From Macrostomum lignano (lineage: Eukaryota), in contig NIVC01000910.1 in assembly GCA_002269645.1 (NCBI GenBank), positions 1 to 64,000 on the forward strand: DNA of 64,000 bases. The letters run 5' to 3'. The first letter of the stretch is position 1. Every line of letters begins with the position of its first letter. Below the pieces are notes generated by a model, which was not told where the DNA came from, did not search any database, and saw nothing but the letters and a program-made list of their open reading frames with translations. The translations under genes and the position numbers were made by a program. This document shows positions 1-11,970 of this stretch, in pieces.

Positions 1-94
1 CTTAATGCAAAAACTAAACAAAACAACAAAGACAAGCACTTCAAACCATTTCGCCCCGAGGGTTCATATCTGATTGTAGGGAAAGTTCTCGGAA

Positions 95-324
95 TTGTCT
101 GTCTGTCTGTCCTTCTTGTGTCTGTATGTATGTCTGTATCGGTTCGCCTGCCTGTCAGTCTGTCTGTCCTTCTGTATGTCTGTCTGTATCGGTCTGTCTG
201 CCTGTCTCTCCTTCTGTATGTCTGTCTGTCCTTCTGTATGTCTGCCTGTCTCTCGGCCTGTCTGTCTGTCTGTCTGTGTCTGTATGTATGTCTGTATCGG
301 TTCGCCTGCCTGTCAGTCTGTTAA
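95..324. repeat. (TCTG)n/(TGTC)n degenerate microsatellite
   Basis: Visible tetranucleotide repeat; explains the SVCL-type ORFs in the track. Confidence 0.95.
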
Positions 325-403
325 AATGTTAAAAAATTCCGAAAACTCTCCCACAATCAGATAGCCCAGCCCACCCAGCGCAATTTTACACAATTTTACA
401 ATT

Positions 404-586
404 TTACGCAAAGTTTTTAAAGCCGCAGGCCGCTGCTGCGGAGGCCGCCGAATGCGGCGGCGCTGAGCCAGCGGCGGCGGTGGTGGCGGTGGCGCCGTGG
501 TGGTGGCGGTGGCGCCGGTGGTGGTGCGGTGGCGCCGGCGGTGGTGGCGCCGGCGGCGGTGGCACTTGATCCTGATCCTGATCCAT
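404..586 (-). CDS. Possible Pro/His/Ala-rich low-complexity exon of the KDZ-like block
   Basis: GC-rich triplet-biased segment behind a minus-strand acceptor (TTTTCCAG at 587-594); frame and partner exons are uncertain. Confidence 0.3.
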   Translation of the reverse strand: MDQDQDQVPPPPAPPPPAPPHHHRRHRHHHGATATTAAAGSAPPHSAASAAAACGFKNFA

Positions 587-889
587 CTGGAAAAGAAACC
601 AGAGTTGAGTGAAAAAAACCATTTTTCGCACCATCTTGAAACCATAATGATGAATTGCGTCACTTAAAACATGATGCTAGTGTATGTCTAGAAACCATAG
701 TGCACATGTCCTCCTCATACTAATTTTAGTAGCCTACTCTTCCTAGTTGTCTCGCAGGTCACTCAGATACTCAGGGTGAACCTCCTGGATTTAAAGGTCT
801 GTGTTCAGTATATTGCTTGTGTATAGGAAAAATTTGTGTGCTTTGGGAGCACTAGAAACGGTGGGAAAGAGAAAAGTGGATGGCTATGT

Positions 890-1612
890 AATCCTACTAA
901 ATTAGTTACGCCATGAAGATTTTAACATTAAGATTCGCATAAGGTAATTTTTTAAATCTAAATGGCCTCCTAGAAATGCATGTTTCTTGGTTGTTACACT
1001 GCCGCAGACTGTGATGGAGCTGGAGATACACAAATTCCTCTTAGGGCTGCTGATTGATTAGTTTCAATATTTAAGTTTTAATTTCAAGTTGAAATAGGAA
1101 GTTTCAACTCTGTAACTCAACCGAAAAAGAAACTGTAAGCATGTGAAGTTTGTCTGCTTTTTCTGTTGTTTTTGCCACTCACTCACTCATTCCCCCAGCC
1201 CAGACGAAGGGTCAGGCGATAGGCTGAATGTACATAGCAAATGTACCGTGTTTTAGAATAACTTTTTAATAGCCTTCTGTGTACCCCGCGCGTGGAAAGG
1301 CTACGTTTAGCCATGACAGTTTAGTGAGAAATTCTAACCACTGTCCTCTGTATTGGCAAACTCTGCAGCAGTTTAACAGTGGATGGCAAATCGAGGGAAT
1401 TCAGCATGGTTTGTAAAAGCGAAAGATTTATGAAAAGGCGATGCAATGCAATACAACCCTACTAAATTAGTCACACCATGGAAATTTTAGGTTTCTCTTA
1501 AAAGTACTTTGAATTTTAAATTTCCTCCTAAGAAATGCGTATTTCCTTTGTTGTTAAACTGCTGCAGACTGCAGTGGAGATGAAAATACACAAATTCCTT
1601 TCAGGACTGCAA
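890..1612 (+). repeat. Diverged ~160-bp direct repeat pair (about 890-1050 and 1455-1612)
   Basis: Shared motifs CCTACTAAATTAG, GAAATGC.TGTTTC and GCAGACTG..TGGAG...ATACACAAATTCCT in both copies. Confidence 0.7.
1170..1432 (-). other. Decayed fourth copy of the 3' RNA module
   Basis: Minus strand has a CAGCCUA/UGGGCUG 7-bp P1-like stem, GAC-CCUUCGU-(GU missing)C as P3/L3, and upstream motifs resembling the module. No convincing P2', P4 or catalytic C. Confidence 0.35.
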
Positions 1613-2952
1613 ATTGGCAAGAAAGAAGACATGATCAAAGCATGAGAACAGCCATGAGAGTACTAAGAGAGGAAAGAAGACGGGAGAGAGAGCAGAGGAG
1701 AGACAACGGGAGAGAAGTGGAGTAAGACAGACACTAAGAAAGACATTGGGACAGACACTAAGATAGACACTAGGATAGATAACAGATATGACAGAAATAA
1801 CTATATATAGCTTATTACTAAATATATATATATAGCTTATTATGAACTGTAAATATCCACCTATAATAAATGTCTAAGTCTGTTATAACTAAATGCGCAT
1901 AGCTTAAAACTCACTATATATGCTTATAACTAAGCAAATATTGGTTATTATGAAGCGTATTATCAGAGTAAGACTCTAGGAAGTCGAACAATTTTAAAGT
2001 TCAAAATGCCATCCACAATTTGTGCAAGCGAAAATCACAATCAAAAAAACGTGGCGCCAAGTCTTATGACGCTCGTTAAAAGATTAATCTAATATATTCC
2101 ATTGAAAAAACTTGATATCGTGCGCTTGCAGCAAAACTGAATTTTACTAAGAATTATTCAAACAGTGGCATTTTCGCTTTAAAATTATTCGATTCCTTGA
2201 ACTTACCTGTATTTAAAGACAAATTAAAAATAACCAAGTATAGCCGTTAAGCTTGCGCTCAAATATTTATACTCTATGCAGGCCTATGCTTAAAATGAGA
2301 CAAGGATAGAATTTTCTTTCCAGCTCTTTATATAAGCTCCTTGATACTGGTGAATAAAGCCACAAATTAACTTACACCGTGGGTGGTGGCCGTCGTTGAA
2401 TCAAAAAGCGAGAGGCTCATTAATCAAAGGGAGGGGTTGGCTTGCCTAACTCACCGTGGGAGAATTCTCATTGGCCCGCGTGCTCAGTTTTGGGGTGGGT
2501 GTAGAACGGTGGCCCTCTCTCAATGTACGATAACTCCTAGTAGGCTGCTTGCAAGTCAGCGTTCAAACTTTTATGGGAAAACTATTCGACTATATATAAT
2601 ATACTAGAATTTAGAATTAGAATTTATAATGTATATTAGTACATATAGAATATATACGAGCGTATGGTCAGACACACAAGACAGACAAATCTGCTGACTC
2701 ATCAGTTCAAGTGCTTGGAAGGTCAGTTTGTCATTGTGGGGGGACAGAATACTCTCAAGTCGCAATCAGATAGCTCGTAGTAGGACAGTAGTTGAATTCC
2801 TTACTGTACTGTCATGGCTTAACGTTACCAGAGAAGGCTATAAAAAATTATTTCAACTTTCCCTCACAGTTATCCCTATCACCTGATCCTTGTCTGGGGG
2901 AAGGGTGGCTGTCTTGCTGACGAAAAGCAGACTAACTTTAAAAGCTTTAAAA

Positions 2953-3030
2953 GCGCGGGAAAGCTCGAATTGGCGCCGGAAGCTAAATTTGGCGCCAGGA
3001 TCCCCAAATTGGCGCCAGGATCGCCGAATC
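2953..3030 (+). repeat. Orphan 78-bp copy of the terminal unit of the 31.4-33.1 kb satellite
   Basis: Matches 33017-33094 in the same orientation, including the GATCGCCGAATC ending found only in the last satellite unit. Confidence 0.9.
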
Positions 3031-3181
3031 TGTCTGTCTGCCCGTTTATCTGTCCTTCTCCGTGTTTTTCTGTCTCTCTGTGTGTCTGTACAGGTGTCTG
3101 GACTGTACATGTATGTGTCCAAAAAATTAAATTTTGTGTGTTGAAAAACAAATGGTGTCCTATGGCAACTTACCAATGATG

Positions 3182-4842
3182 GAAGGGCTGGCCGCCTCGC
3201 CCTCGTCCCCTCGCCCTCGTCCCCCTCGTCCTCGTCCCCCGCCTCGCCCGCCCCGCAAGCCGAATCCAGTATTTCTGTAAAGTTCAAAAGTCGCAATGTA
3301 AGTTTTTTTGAGAGGCGCGCAATTTGTTCTATCAAGATATTTCGGGTGGGGCGGGGATGGGACGTGAATAAGGTCTCTGATAGCGAGAACATTAGAACCA
3401 GAGAACAAGTGTAAGTTTTACTCTGAGAACTGTTGTTTATTTCATTTATAGTAAATTGCTTATTAACTCTAAACTGCTCAGCTTTTGATGCACAGAGACG
3501 TTATACATAAACTATAGTTGTGTTGTGTATGAGGCTATTCTGAGATTACATGAGGAAATCAGATAGGAAGATATGACATTCAGGGATAAGGATGTGAGAA
3601 TCAGGAAATCTGGAGATTCGGGGATGCCTTCTCTGACCAGCTACTCCAAGTAGACAGCTACGAAATGTGTCGATTTTAGATTTTAGATTTTGGGTTCTGA
3701 AGGGGCATCCACTGAAGGATCTGAGGGGGCACCCACTGAAGGACCTGAGGGACCAGCCAGTGCAGCCACTGAAGGAACTGCTGGGCATCTAAAAGGTGTT
3801 TGACAGTGCTGAGAATTAATGAGGTCTTTAGCATAGAGGGGGAGGGATTTTACACCTGAAAATCTGAAATCTCCTACGATCTGCGAGCAGCTTCACTTCT
3901 GATCCCTGCAGCCCTATAGCCTTCTTTTGCTAGCCTGCATATGTATAAGGTATCACCCCATGGACTGATTTATCTGGACCACATACAATACTGAGGACTG
4001 TGTTGATGGGCCGAGACGAAGCCGATCTAGTTACGATTTAAATCGTAAATGAAAGAAATTAGACTGCATATTTAGGAGTATACATTTTAGCATTCAATAT
4101 TTGAAAAATATCTTACCCAGCCAGCTGGCCCAGCAGCTGGGCTTGGAGCAGCTGCAGGCGGGCGACGGTTTGCATCTGGAAATAAATTAATATTTACACA
4201 AATAAGCTTGCTGAATTTAATTCTGTGTAATGTAATGTCCTAGTGCATGACCATCAATCTGAAAGCTCAGTAAAGCTTATTCTAACTTGAGACTGTGTCT
4301 GGAATCTGAGATCTGGAACCTGAAATCTGGAATCTGAGATCTGGGATCTGGAACCTGAAATCTGGAATCTGAGATCTAGATAGCAAAGATATATATAGAA
4401 ATGATTTAGGCAGCAAATGCACGTACTAATGTCTCTCGTTTGCGGACGCGGGCCCAGCGGCGGCCCGCCCGCCGTCTGGCAGCCGCCTCCGCCGGTGCTG
4501 CCTCCGCCGGTGCTGCCTCCGCCTCCACCGGAGCCGGAGCCGCCGCCGGACCCGCCGCCGCCGGAGCCGCCGCCGCCGGAGCGGCGGAGCCGCCGCCGGA
4601 GCCGCCGGAGCCGCCGCCGGAGCCGCCGGAGCCGCCGCCGGAGCTGCCGGCGCTGCCTCCGCCGGAGCCGCCGCCGGAGCTGCCTCCGGAGCTGCCTCCG
4701 GAGCTGCCTCCGGAGCTGCCTCCGGAGCTGCCTCCGGAGCTGTCTCCGCCGCCGCCGGAGCTGCCTCCGCCGCAGCCTCCGACTCGGCGGCCCAGTCAAC
4801 AGGGCCCCTTTTTGGGGCCCTCTTTTTATTCCTTTTTGCCAT
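3182..4842 (-). CDS. Ala/Pro/Glu-rich low-complexity exons (about 4844-4432, 4175-4116, 3280-3182)
   Basis: Acceptor TTTGCAG|CA-ATG at 4844 opens MAKRNKKRAPKRGPVDWAAESEAAAEAAP; the downstream GC-rich segments have AG/GT boundaries; frames are uncertain in the repeats. Confidence 0.4.
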
Positions 4843-5355
4843 TGCTGCAAATGATTACAGAAATTCTATTATATAAAATTCTAATCCTTTCGAAATTTAT
4901 ATTTTTATATACTAAATATGGGAGAAATGGAAGAAGTGACAGATAGGGTGAATAGGGAAAAATGGGAGAGAAGTGACCTATAGGGTGAATAGGGAAAAGA
5001 AATGGGAGAGAAGTGAGAGCTGGGGTGCATTGGGAGATGGGAGAGAGATGATACACGATAGAGGAGGGAGTCAGTAGAAAGAAAGAGGAGACAGAGAAGA
5101 GAAGAGGGAGTTGGAGTCGTGTGAGTTCTAATACACAGGTATTTTCATGAGAAAACAAGACATTAAGAATATATGCACAATATAGGTAATGACTGTTGTA
5201 TTTTGTATATTTAAAAGTTTAGAATCCCGGGATCTGGGATCTGAAATCTGAGACTGGGATCTGAGATCTGAAATCTGGGATCTGAGATCTGATATATGAA
5301 ATCTGAGATCTGAAATCGGGGAGATCTGGGATTTAATTAACTAGCTATATACTAA

Positions 5356-5437
5356 CTGTGATTGTTAGCCAACCGTGTTTTTGTGAACAGGGTTGTTGCC
5401 TCTCCTGCACCACGCAGAGGTCATCACAACGCAGGAG
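5356..5437 (-). ncRNA. HDV-like self-cleaving ribozyme, copy C (diverged)
   Basis: RNA sense: P1 CUCCUGC/GCAGGAG; P2 UUGUGAU-G/C-A-AUCACAG; P3 ACC/GGU; L3 UCUGCGU; P1.1 partner AG; P4 CAACC/GGUUG; J4/2 GCUAA with the putative catalytic C at 5368. Confidence 0.8.
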
Positions 5438-5661
5438 TGGGGATCTGGATGTATGCAAAGTGACAATAATTACCCCAGCAAAGTATACAGAATTGATTTG
5501 CAAAGTGGGCAAAGTCACAGCAGTGAACCAGATCTTCTGCCACAGCATTTTCTGCAAAGCGGCCAGTCTTGCAAAGAGACTGAGGATTGCTTTACTGAGT
5601 ATAACATCAGTTAAGTTTAAAACAGACAGTTTTTTGGCTCTTAATTCGAATAGATGCATGC

Positions 5662-6961
5662 TTAACTATAGCGAAAAGCAGCCGAGCGGCCAAATAAACT
5701 GATAGTAGTCGGATTGGCTCTCGTCTCTATAGCTGAATGAGACATACCTGTTTGATTACTGTTAACACTTGAGACGCAGGCGTTAGTCAGTACAATAGCA
5801 GCTCCCTGCGGCTGCGCTTGCACTGTTGCACTGCTGTTTTCCATGTGAAAAAATTCTCGATAAGCACTGATTCCAGGTCCAAGCTCGTAGTTATCAAACT
5901 CATCAGGTTTGTCTGCCGGGATGTTCACTTCAGCACTCGTGGCTGGTGTTGCAGTAGCCGTGGCAGGTGTTGCAGTTGCAGCGGCCGTGGCAGGTGTAGC
6001 AGTTGCAGCGGCCGTGGCAGGTGTAGCAGTTGCAGCGGCCGTGGCAGGTGTAGCAGTTGCAGCGGCCGTGGCAGGTGTAGCGGCGCTCGAATGCCCTGCA
6101 CTTTCAATAAGATCAGAATGTTGGTAATTGACAAATACCAGATCCGTATTTTCCAACTTTTCAACCAACTGAACACATTCCGCCCTGTTTAAATGATGGG
6201 GTGACTTGAAATCGAGAGAAAATCTTCCGCGTGCAAATCTGGTTTTGTTTCGCTTGTCACTCTCCATTTGCTTCCATGGAATCGGGCCTCTGTTTCCAGC
6301 TCTCTTGAAAGCAGTCGTTGCTTTCTCCTGGATTGACAGTCTCAGCTTCTTCACATCACGAAAAGCGTTGGAAGGTCCGGTAGCTTCAGCTCGAACTGAT
6401 GCTTCTGTCGTAGCTTCCATTCGGGCTTGAGAGGCGATTTTTTCTTCTCGATAATATTCCTCTCCTTTCTTGATGATATCAGAAAGCTGTTTCACCGCTG
6501 CAGTTAATTCCTCTTGAACTCGGGAAGATACTCCATCAGATACGTAACATTCGGGCATATCTGTTGGTATGGATGGAGGAATAACGACGCAGAAAGATTT
6601 TTGAGCTCGTTTCAAGTCGACCAGAATGCTGCTTTTAAAATCTCTCGGACGATCTTTAGCCCTCTGCCTAAGAGCGTTTTTCTCGTCCTGCGTAAGAGCC
6701 TGGTATTCAGCCTTGAGGGCAGGTGTCCATTCTAAAAGTAATTGTGGAATGTATGGGATATACAGGAATCGTAGATTCAGATTCAGACGGACACACAGAG
6801 AGACAGACAGACGGACAGACAGACAGACGGACACTCTGACAGACAGACACTCTGACAGACAGACACTTTGACAGACAGACAGACAGACAGACAGAAAGAC
6901 GGACAGACACTCTGACAGACACAGACAGACAGACAGACGGACAGAAAAACAGACACACTCT

Positions 6962-7003
<42 letters not shown>

Positions 7004-7649
7004 AAGACAGAAATACAGACAGACAGAAAGACAGCCATACAGACAGACAGACAGAAAGACGGACAGACACTCTGACAGACAGACAGACAGACAGAAAAAC
7101 AGACACACTCTGACAGGCAGACAGACAGACAGACAGACAGAAAGACAGAAATACAGACAGACAGAAAGACAGACATACAGACAGACAGACAGACAGAAAG
7201 ACAGACGTACAAACAGACAGACAGACAGACAGACAGAAATACAGACAGACAGACATACAGACAGACAGACAGAAAGACAGACATACAAACTGGGTTTTTT
7301 TCGTCCATAACTTGGGTGCGATTTCGCACCCTGTGCTAGATTTCAGGGTGCGATTTTCAAGACCAGAATGCGCTGCACTGCTGCAGACAAAAACTTGCAA
7401 ATATTTGGGTGCGCTTTTTGCACCCTGAGTCAAATTTCAGGGTGCGATTTTTAAGACCAGGATGCTATTCGCACCCATTCGCACAAAAAAAACCCAGCAT
7501 ACAAACAGACAGACAGACAGAAAGACAGAAATACAGACAGACAGACAGACCTGAAATCTGGAATCTGAGATCTAAGATCTGAGATCTAGATAACGAAGAT
7601 ATATATAGACAGATATATATAGACAGACAGAGAGACGGACAGACACTCT

Positions 7650-7680
<31 letters not shown>

Positions 7681-7845
7681 GGACACCCTGACAGACAGAC
7701 AGACGCTGACAGACAGACAGAAAGACGGACAGACACTGACAGACAGACAGACAGACAGACACACTCTGACAGACATACAGACAGACAGACAGACACATAC
7801 AGACAGACAGACCATGACAGACAGACAGAAAGACGGACAGACACT

Positions 7846-7885
<40 letters not shown>

Positions 7886-7969
7886 CACTCTGACAGACAT
7901 ACAGACAGACAGACAGACACATACAGACAGACAGACCATGACAGACAGACAGAAAGACGGACAGACACT

Positions 7970-8011
<42 letters not shown>

Positions 8012-8287
8012 AAGACGGACAGACACTCTGACAGACAGACAGAAAAGCAGACACACTCTGACAGGCAGACAGACAGACAGACAGACAGAAAGACAGAAAT
8101 ACAGACAGACAGACAGACCTGAAATCTGGAATCTGAGATCTAAGATCTGAGATCTGGATAACGAAGATATATATAGACAGACAGAGAGACGGACAGACAC
8201 TCTGACAGACAGACAGACAGACAGACAGACGGACACCCTGACAGACAGACAGACGCTGACAGACAGACAGAAAGACGGACAGACACT

Positions 8288-8347
<60 letters not shown>

Positions 8348-8431
8348 CACTCTGACAGACATACAGACAGACAGACAGACACATACCGACAGACAGACCA
8401 TGACAGACAGACAGAAAGACGGACAGACACT

Positions 8432-8485
<54 letters not shown>

Positions 8486-8782
8486 AAGACGGACAGACAC
8501 TCTGACAGACAGACAGACACTCTGACAGACAGACAGACACATACAGACAGACAGACAGACGGACAGACAGGCAGTAAGACAGACATACAGACAGACAGAC
8601 AGACACTAAGACAGACAGACAGACAGACGGACAGACACTCTGACAGACGGACAGACAGACAAAAAGACAGACATACAGACACGACACAGGGATAACTAGA
8701 AATATTTGACCAGACTAAAAAATTTTTACTCACTTGCACCTCCGTGCTCGCTCAAAAACTGTGTGGCTGCCGTGTGAACCAT
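5662..8782 (-). CDS. HMG-box-like protein with Ala/Thr/Pro repeat (~372 aa; exons 8782-8734 and 6731-5662)
   Basis: GT-AG splice with matching phase 1 joins [43 protein letters not shown], which resembles HMG-box helices. An alternative donor at 5747 could splice in frame to the 4844 exon. Confidence 0.55.
5940..6085. repeat. 27-bp coding tandem repeat (ATPATAAAT)
   Basis: GCAGTTGCAGCGGCCGTGGCAGGTGTA units, about 4-5 copies. Confidence 0.9.
6785..8680. repeat. (GACA)n microsatellite-rich intron with an internal ~600-bp duplication
   Basis: Near-continuous GACA repeat; the block CCTGAAATCTGGAATCTGAGATCTAAGATCTGAG occurs at about 7550 and 8118. Confidence 0.95.
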
Positions 8783-9261
8783 ATCTGAGAGTAAAAGTTG
8801 TAGGGAATAATTTCTCTTACGACTGTGTAATAAACAACAACAGAAAAACTGTTTTGTTGAGCATGATTTCTACCCCTAGAATCCCTGTAATTATTTTTAT
8901 TACGCTGAATTGTAGTTCACTTAAAACATACACACAAACAACGCGTCAGTTTTAGTTTTTGGAATCATAGAGTTTTAATTAGACTTTGGAATATTTAATG
9001 ACTTAGATCATAGCGATTCAAACTAAGGCCCTCAATATAAAATCACTGAAATTTGCAGAATATGACAACGATCACTTAGCTAAGCTACTTAGTACTTTTT
9101 GTACTTTTTTGTCTTGATCGCCTGTCTGTCTTAAAATTGCCCAGCGATTAAAATTCGCTGGAGCTGGAGTGGCGACACTGCACCCGATTTAAAATTCAAA
9201 TCAATTACGCTTCTTTATTCTAGAAATTCAATTTCTTCCAAAGTCTCTAAAAGTCTCTTGA

Positions 9262-10335
9262 TCTTCTACTCTCCTCTCCCCTCTACTCTACTCTCCCCCC
9301 TCTACTCTACTTTCCTCTCCCCTTCCCCTCTACTCTACTCTCCTCTTCCCTCCCCCTCTACTCTACTCTTCTCTCTCCTCCTCCTCTACTCTCCTCTCCC
9401 CCCCTCTACTCTACTCTCTCCTCCTCCTCTACTCTCCTCTCCCCCCCTCTACTTTACTCTCCTCTACCCTCTACTCTACTCTCCCCTCCCCCTCTACTCT
9501 ACTGTCCTCTCCCCCCCTCTACTCGACTCTCCTCTCCCCTCCCCTTCTACTCGACTCTCCTCTCCCCTCCCCTCTACTCTACTCTCCTCTTCCCTCCCCC
9601 TCTACTCTACTCTTCTCTCCCCTCCTCCTCTACTCTACTCTCCTCTCCCCCCTCTACTTTACTCTCCTCTACCCTCTACTCTACTCTCCCCTCCCCCTCT
9701 ACTCTACTGTCCTCTCCCCCCTCTACTCGACTCTCCTCTCCCCTCCCCTTCTACTCGACTCTCCTCTTCCCTCCCCCTCTACTCTACTCTCCTCTTCCCT
9801 CCCCCTCTACTCTACTCTTCTCTCCCCTCCTCCTCTACTGTCCTCTCCTCTCCCCCCTCTACTTTACTCTCCTCTACCCTCTACTCTACTCTCCCCTCCC
9901 CCTCTACTCTACTGTCCTCTCCCCCCCTCTACTCGACTCTCCTCTCCCCTCCCCCTCTACTCTACTCTCCTCTTCCCTCCCCCTCTACTCTACTCTCCTC
10001 TTCCCTCCCCTTCTACTCTACTCTCCTCTTCCCTCCCCCTCTACTCTACTCTCCTCTTCCCTCCCCCTCTACTCTACTCTCTTCTCCCCCCTCTACTTTA
10101 CTCTCCTCTACCCTCTACTCTACTCTCCTCTCCCCTCTACTCTCTGCTCTCTCCTCTCCTCTCCATCTCTACTCTACGTTTCTACTCTCCTCTCTTCACC
10201 TCTCCTTCCCCCCTCTACTCCTCTACTCTATTCTCCTCTCCTCTCCTCAGCTCACCTCTCTACTCTCTCCACACTTCTCCTCTCTACTTTCCCCTCCTTA
10301 TCTTTCCTCTTCCTTCTCTCCTCTCTCCGTACTCT
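9262..10335. repeat. ~1.07-kb polypyrimidine (CTCTA/CTCCC) low-complexity tract
   Basis: Plus strand is almost entirely C/T with periodic A; explains ORF 9258-10355. Confidence 0.95.
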
Positions 10336-10599
10336 GGCCCGAAGTCATGCGCTAAGTTGTCAATCTAGCCCTTGACGGCTTGAAGTAAAAATTTTGCCGA
10401 CGTCTAAGTTAATGAACAAACAAACTGAAACAAGCAAGGATCTATAATGACACTTACCTTCTGCGTTGACTCGAAAATAGACGCCTAAGTAGAAAGTGTA
10501 GAAAAAGTGAGAGTTGAATTAGAAAATTAGAAAGAAGTAAGAAAATTATTTAGTAAGAGAGTGTAGGAAGGAAACTGAGTTTCAGTTGCAAGTGTTTAG

Positions 10600-11970
10600 A
10601 GTTTAGACTGGAGACTGCAGACTGTTTAGGGGGGGTGGTGCCCGGGGTGAGTTGGTTCTCTGGACTGCAGTGTGGCTAGGTCGGGACTGAGCCCCCCGGT
10701 CGTACCCGCCCTGCAGGAAAGAAAATGACCAATTCACAAAGGTGTACGGTAGACCCAGTAGCATGCCAGCCCTGAGGCTGAGCACCCGGGCTGCAGGTCG
10801 GCAAGCTGCCTGCTTTAGGGCTATGGTGCTCCTCCTTTCTGCCATTCTTTTTTTCTGGGCTGGCATCCCAGCGCTGTTTTATCCCTTTAGCTTTGTGCCT
10901 TTGTGGCTTTTATTATTTTAATCTTTTATCTGGCCACTAGAAGCCTTCCAATATTCGGAGTTATGAGCTCTGCCCTTGCCCGGTCCATCTTGCCCTGTCC
11001 TCGGGTCCATCTCCTGGCTCCTGCTGAAGGTCCCTGCTTGCGTGTCTCTGGCTCTCATCCTGACAGTGGATTGGTGTCCTGGGAAGGATGTTCGTCCCGA
11101 ACCGGGGACAACCGGCTGAGTCCGGAGTCCTCTTGCCCCGGGTGCCTCTTCTCCCGACCCCTTGGCCTGGCCCCCAATAATGAGCTGGATAGGCGATGCC
11201 CTTGGGTTGGTAGCAATAGAGGTGTATCCTAGTCCGCCTAGAGTCTCCCCCTCGGATACAAGCCTTCCAGACTCACTCCAAAATAGAGCTGGGTAGTGAA
11301 AAGCCTTGAGGCTCGAGCCCTACAGTTGTCCAGTGCTGTTTAGGATCGCTCTTGGTAATTAGCTGCCCAGACTCGCTCCAATAGTTTAAGCCATTTCCGT
11401 AGGTTTAGGAGTAACTCCTCACTCGGACCGCTTTTTTCAGTAATATTTCAAGCATTTCGCTTTCCAATTTTTCTGCGCACTCCCGAGGACTCGCTAGCTG
11501 GGGGGTGGCCTGGGTGGACTCGGTCCTAGCACCGTCCCTGATTCCACTGTTTGGGTTGGCGGTGTCTTGTACCGTAGGTTTGGGTCAACTCGCCCACCCG
11601 CGCTTTGAGCCGGGTCCAATCCCAATGCATTCCATGGGGTATCTCGGGCCCTGGACAGTTAATGCCTTGGCCCCTGGTAGTGCCCCTCAGCGGCAGAGCC
11701 CACCCAGGGCTGATCCGCGGGTAGCCAAGCTTCCCACCCCCGTTCAACAACAACAGACTGCAGAGTTAGAGTTCGACGAGCTTTCCAACCGGTTCAAATC
11801 GGTTTATACTGGACAGATTGCTTTGTCTGCTTTCTGGGAATTTTCCACTCCCCATTTTCCATTACTGTTGTTTACGGAAAGTGGGGGAAAGAAACTCCGT
11901 GCACTTAGAGGACAAGTGAGTTCGCATCTCCTCATCCAATGGCAGCTCGCTATTCTCTTCGGTGGCAGAG
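10600..11970. mobile_element. Possible degenerate element ending in CTCTTCGGTGGCAGAG-(GAATA)n
   Basis: GC-richer non-coding block sharing the same 16-nt end plus GAATA tail as the satellite units; no recognisable protein motif. Confidence 0.25.

Noticed and set aside
1413-1432. U5 snRNA loop-1-like string (CATAAATCTTTCGC-TTTTAC, minus strand)
   Set aside because: Only ~20 nt with a gap, the flanks do not match U5, and there is no Sm site; it overlaps the decayed module motif.
2360-2420. 28S rRNA-like snippet (CGCTTTTTGAT, minus strand)
   Set aside because: The match is too short and not collinear with rRNA on either side.
3991-4021. Hammerhead-like CTGAGGA...GAAG
   Set aside because: No GAAA, and stems II and III do not form.
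5662-8739. Long SVCL/TDRQ ORFs (including the N-terminal half of the 555-aa ORF)
   Set aside because: They are translations of (TCTG/GACA)n microsatellite; only 6731-5662 and 8782-8734 look coding.
9170-9180. hAT-like TIR end TGGCGACACTG
   Set aside because: No matching opposite TIR or TSD found in the window.
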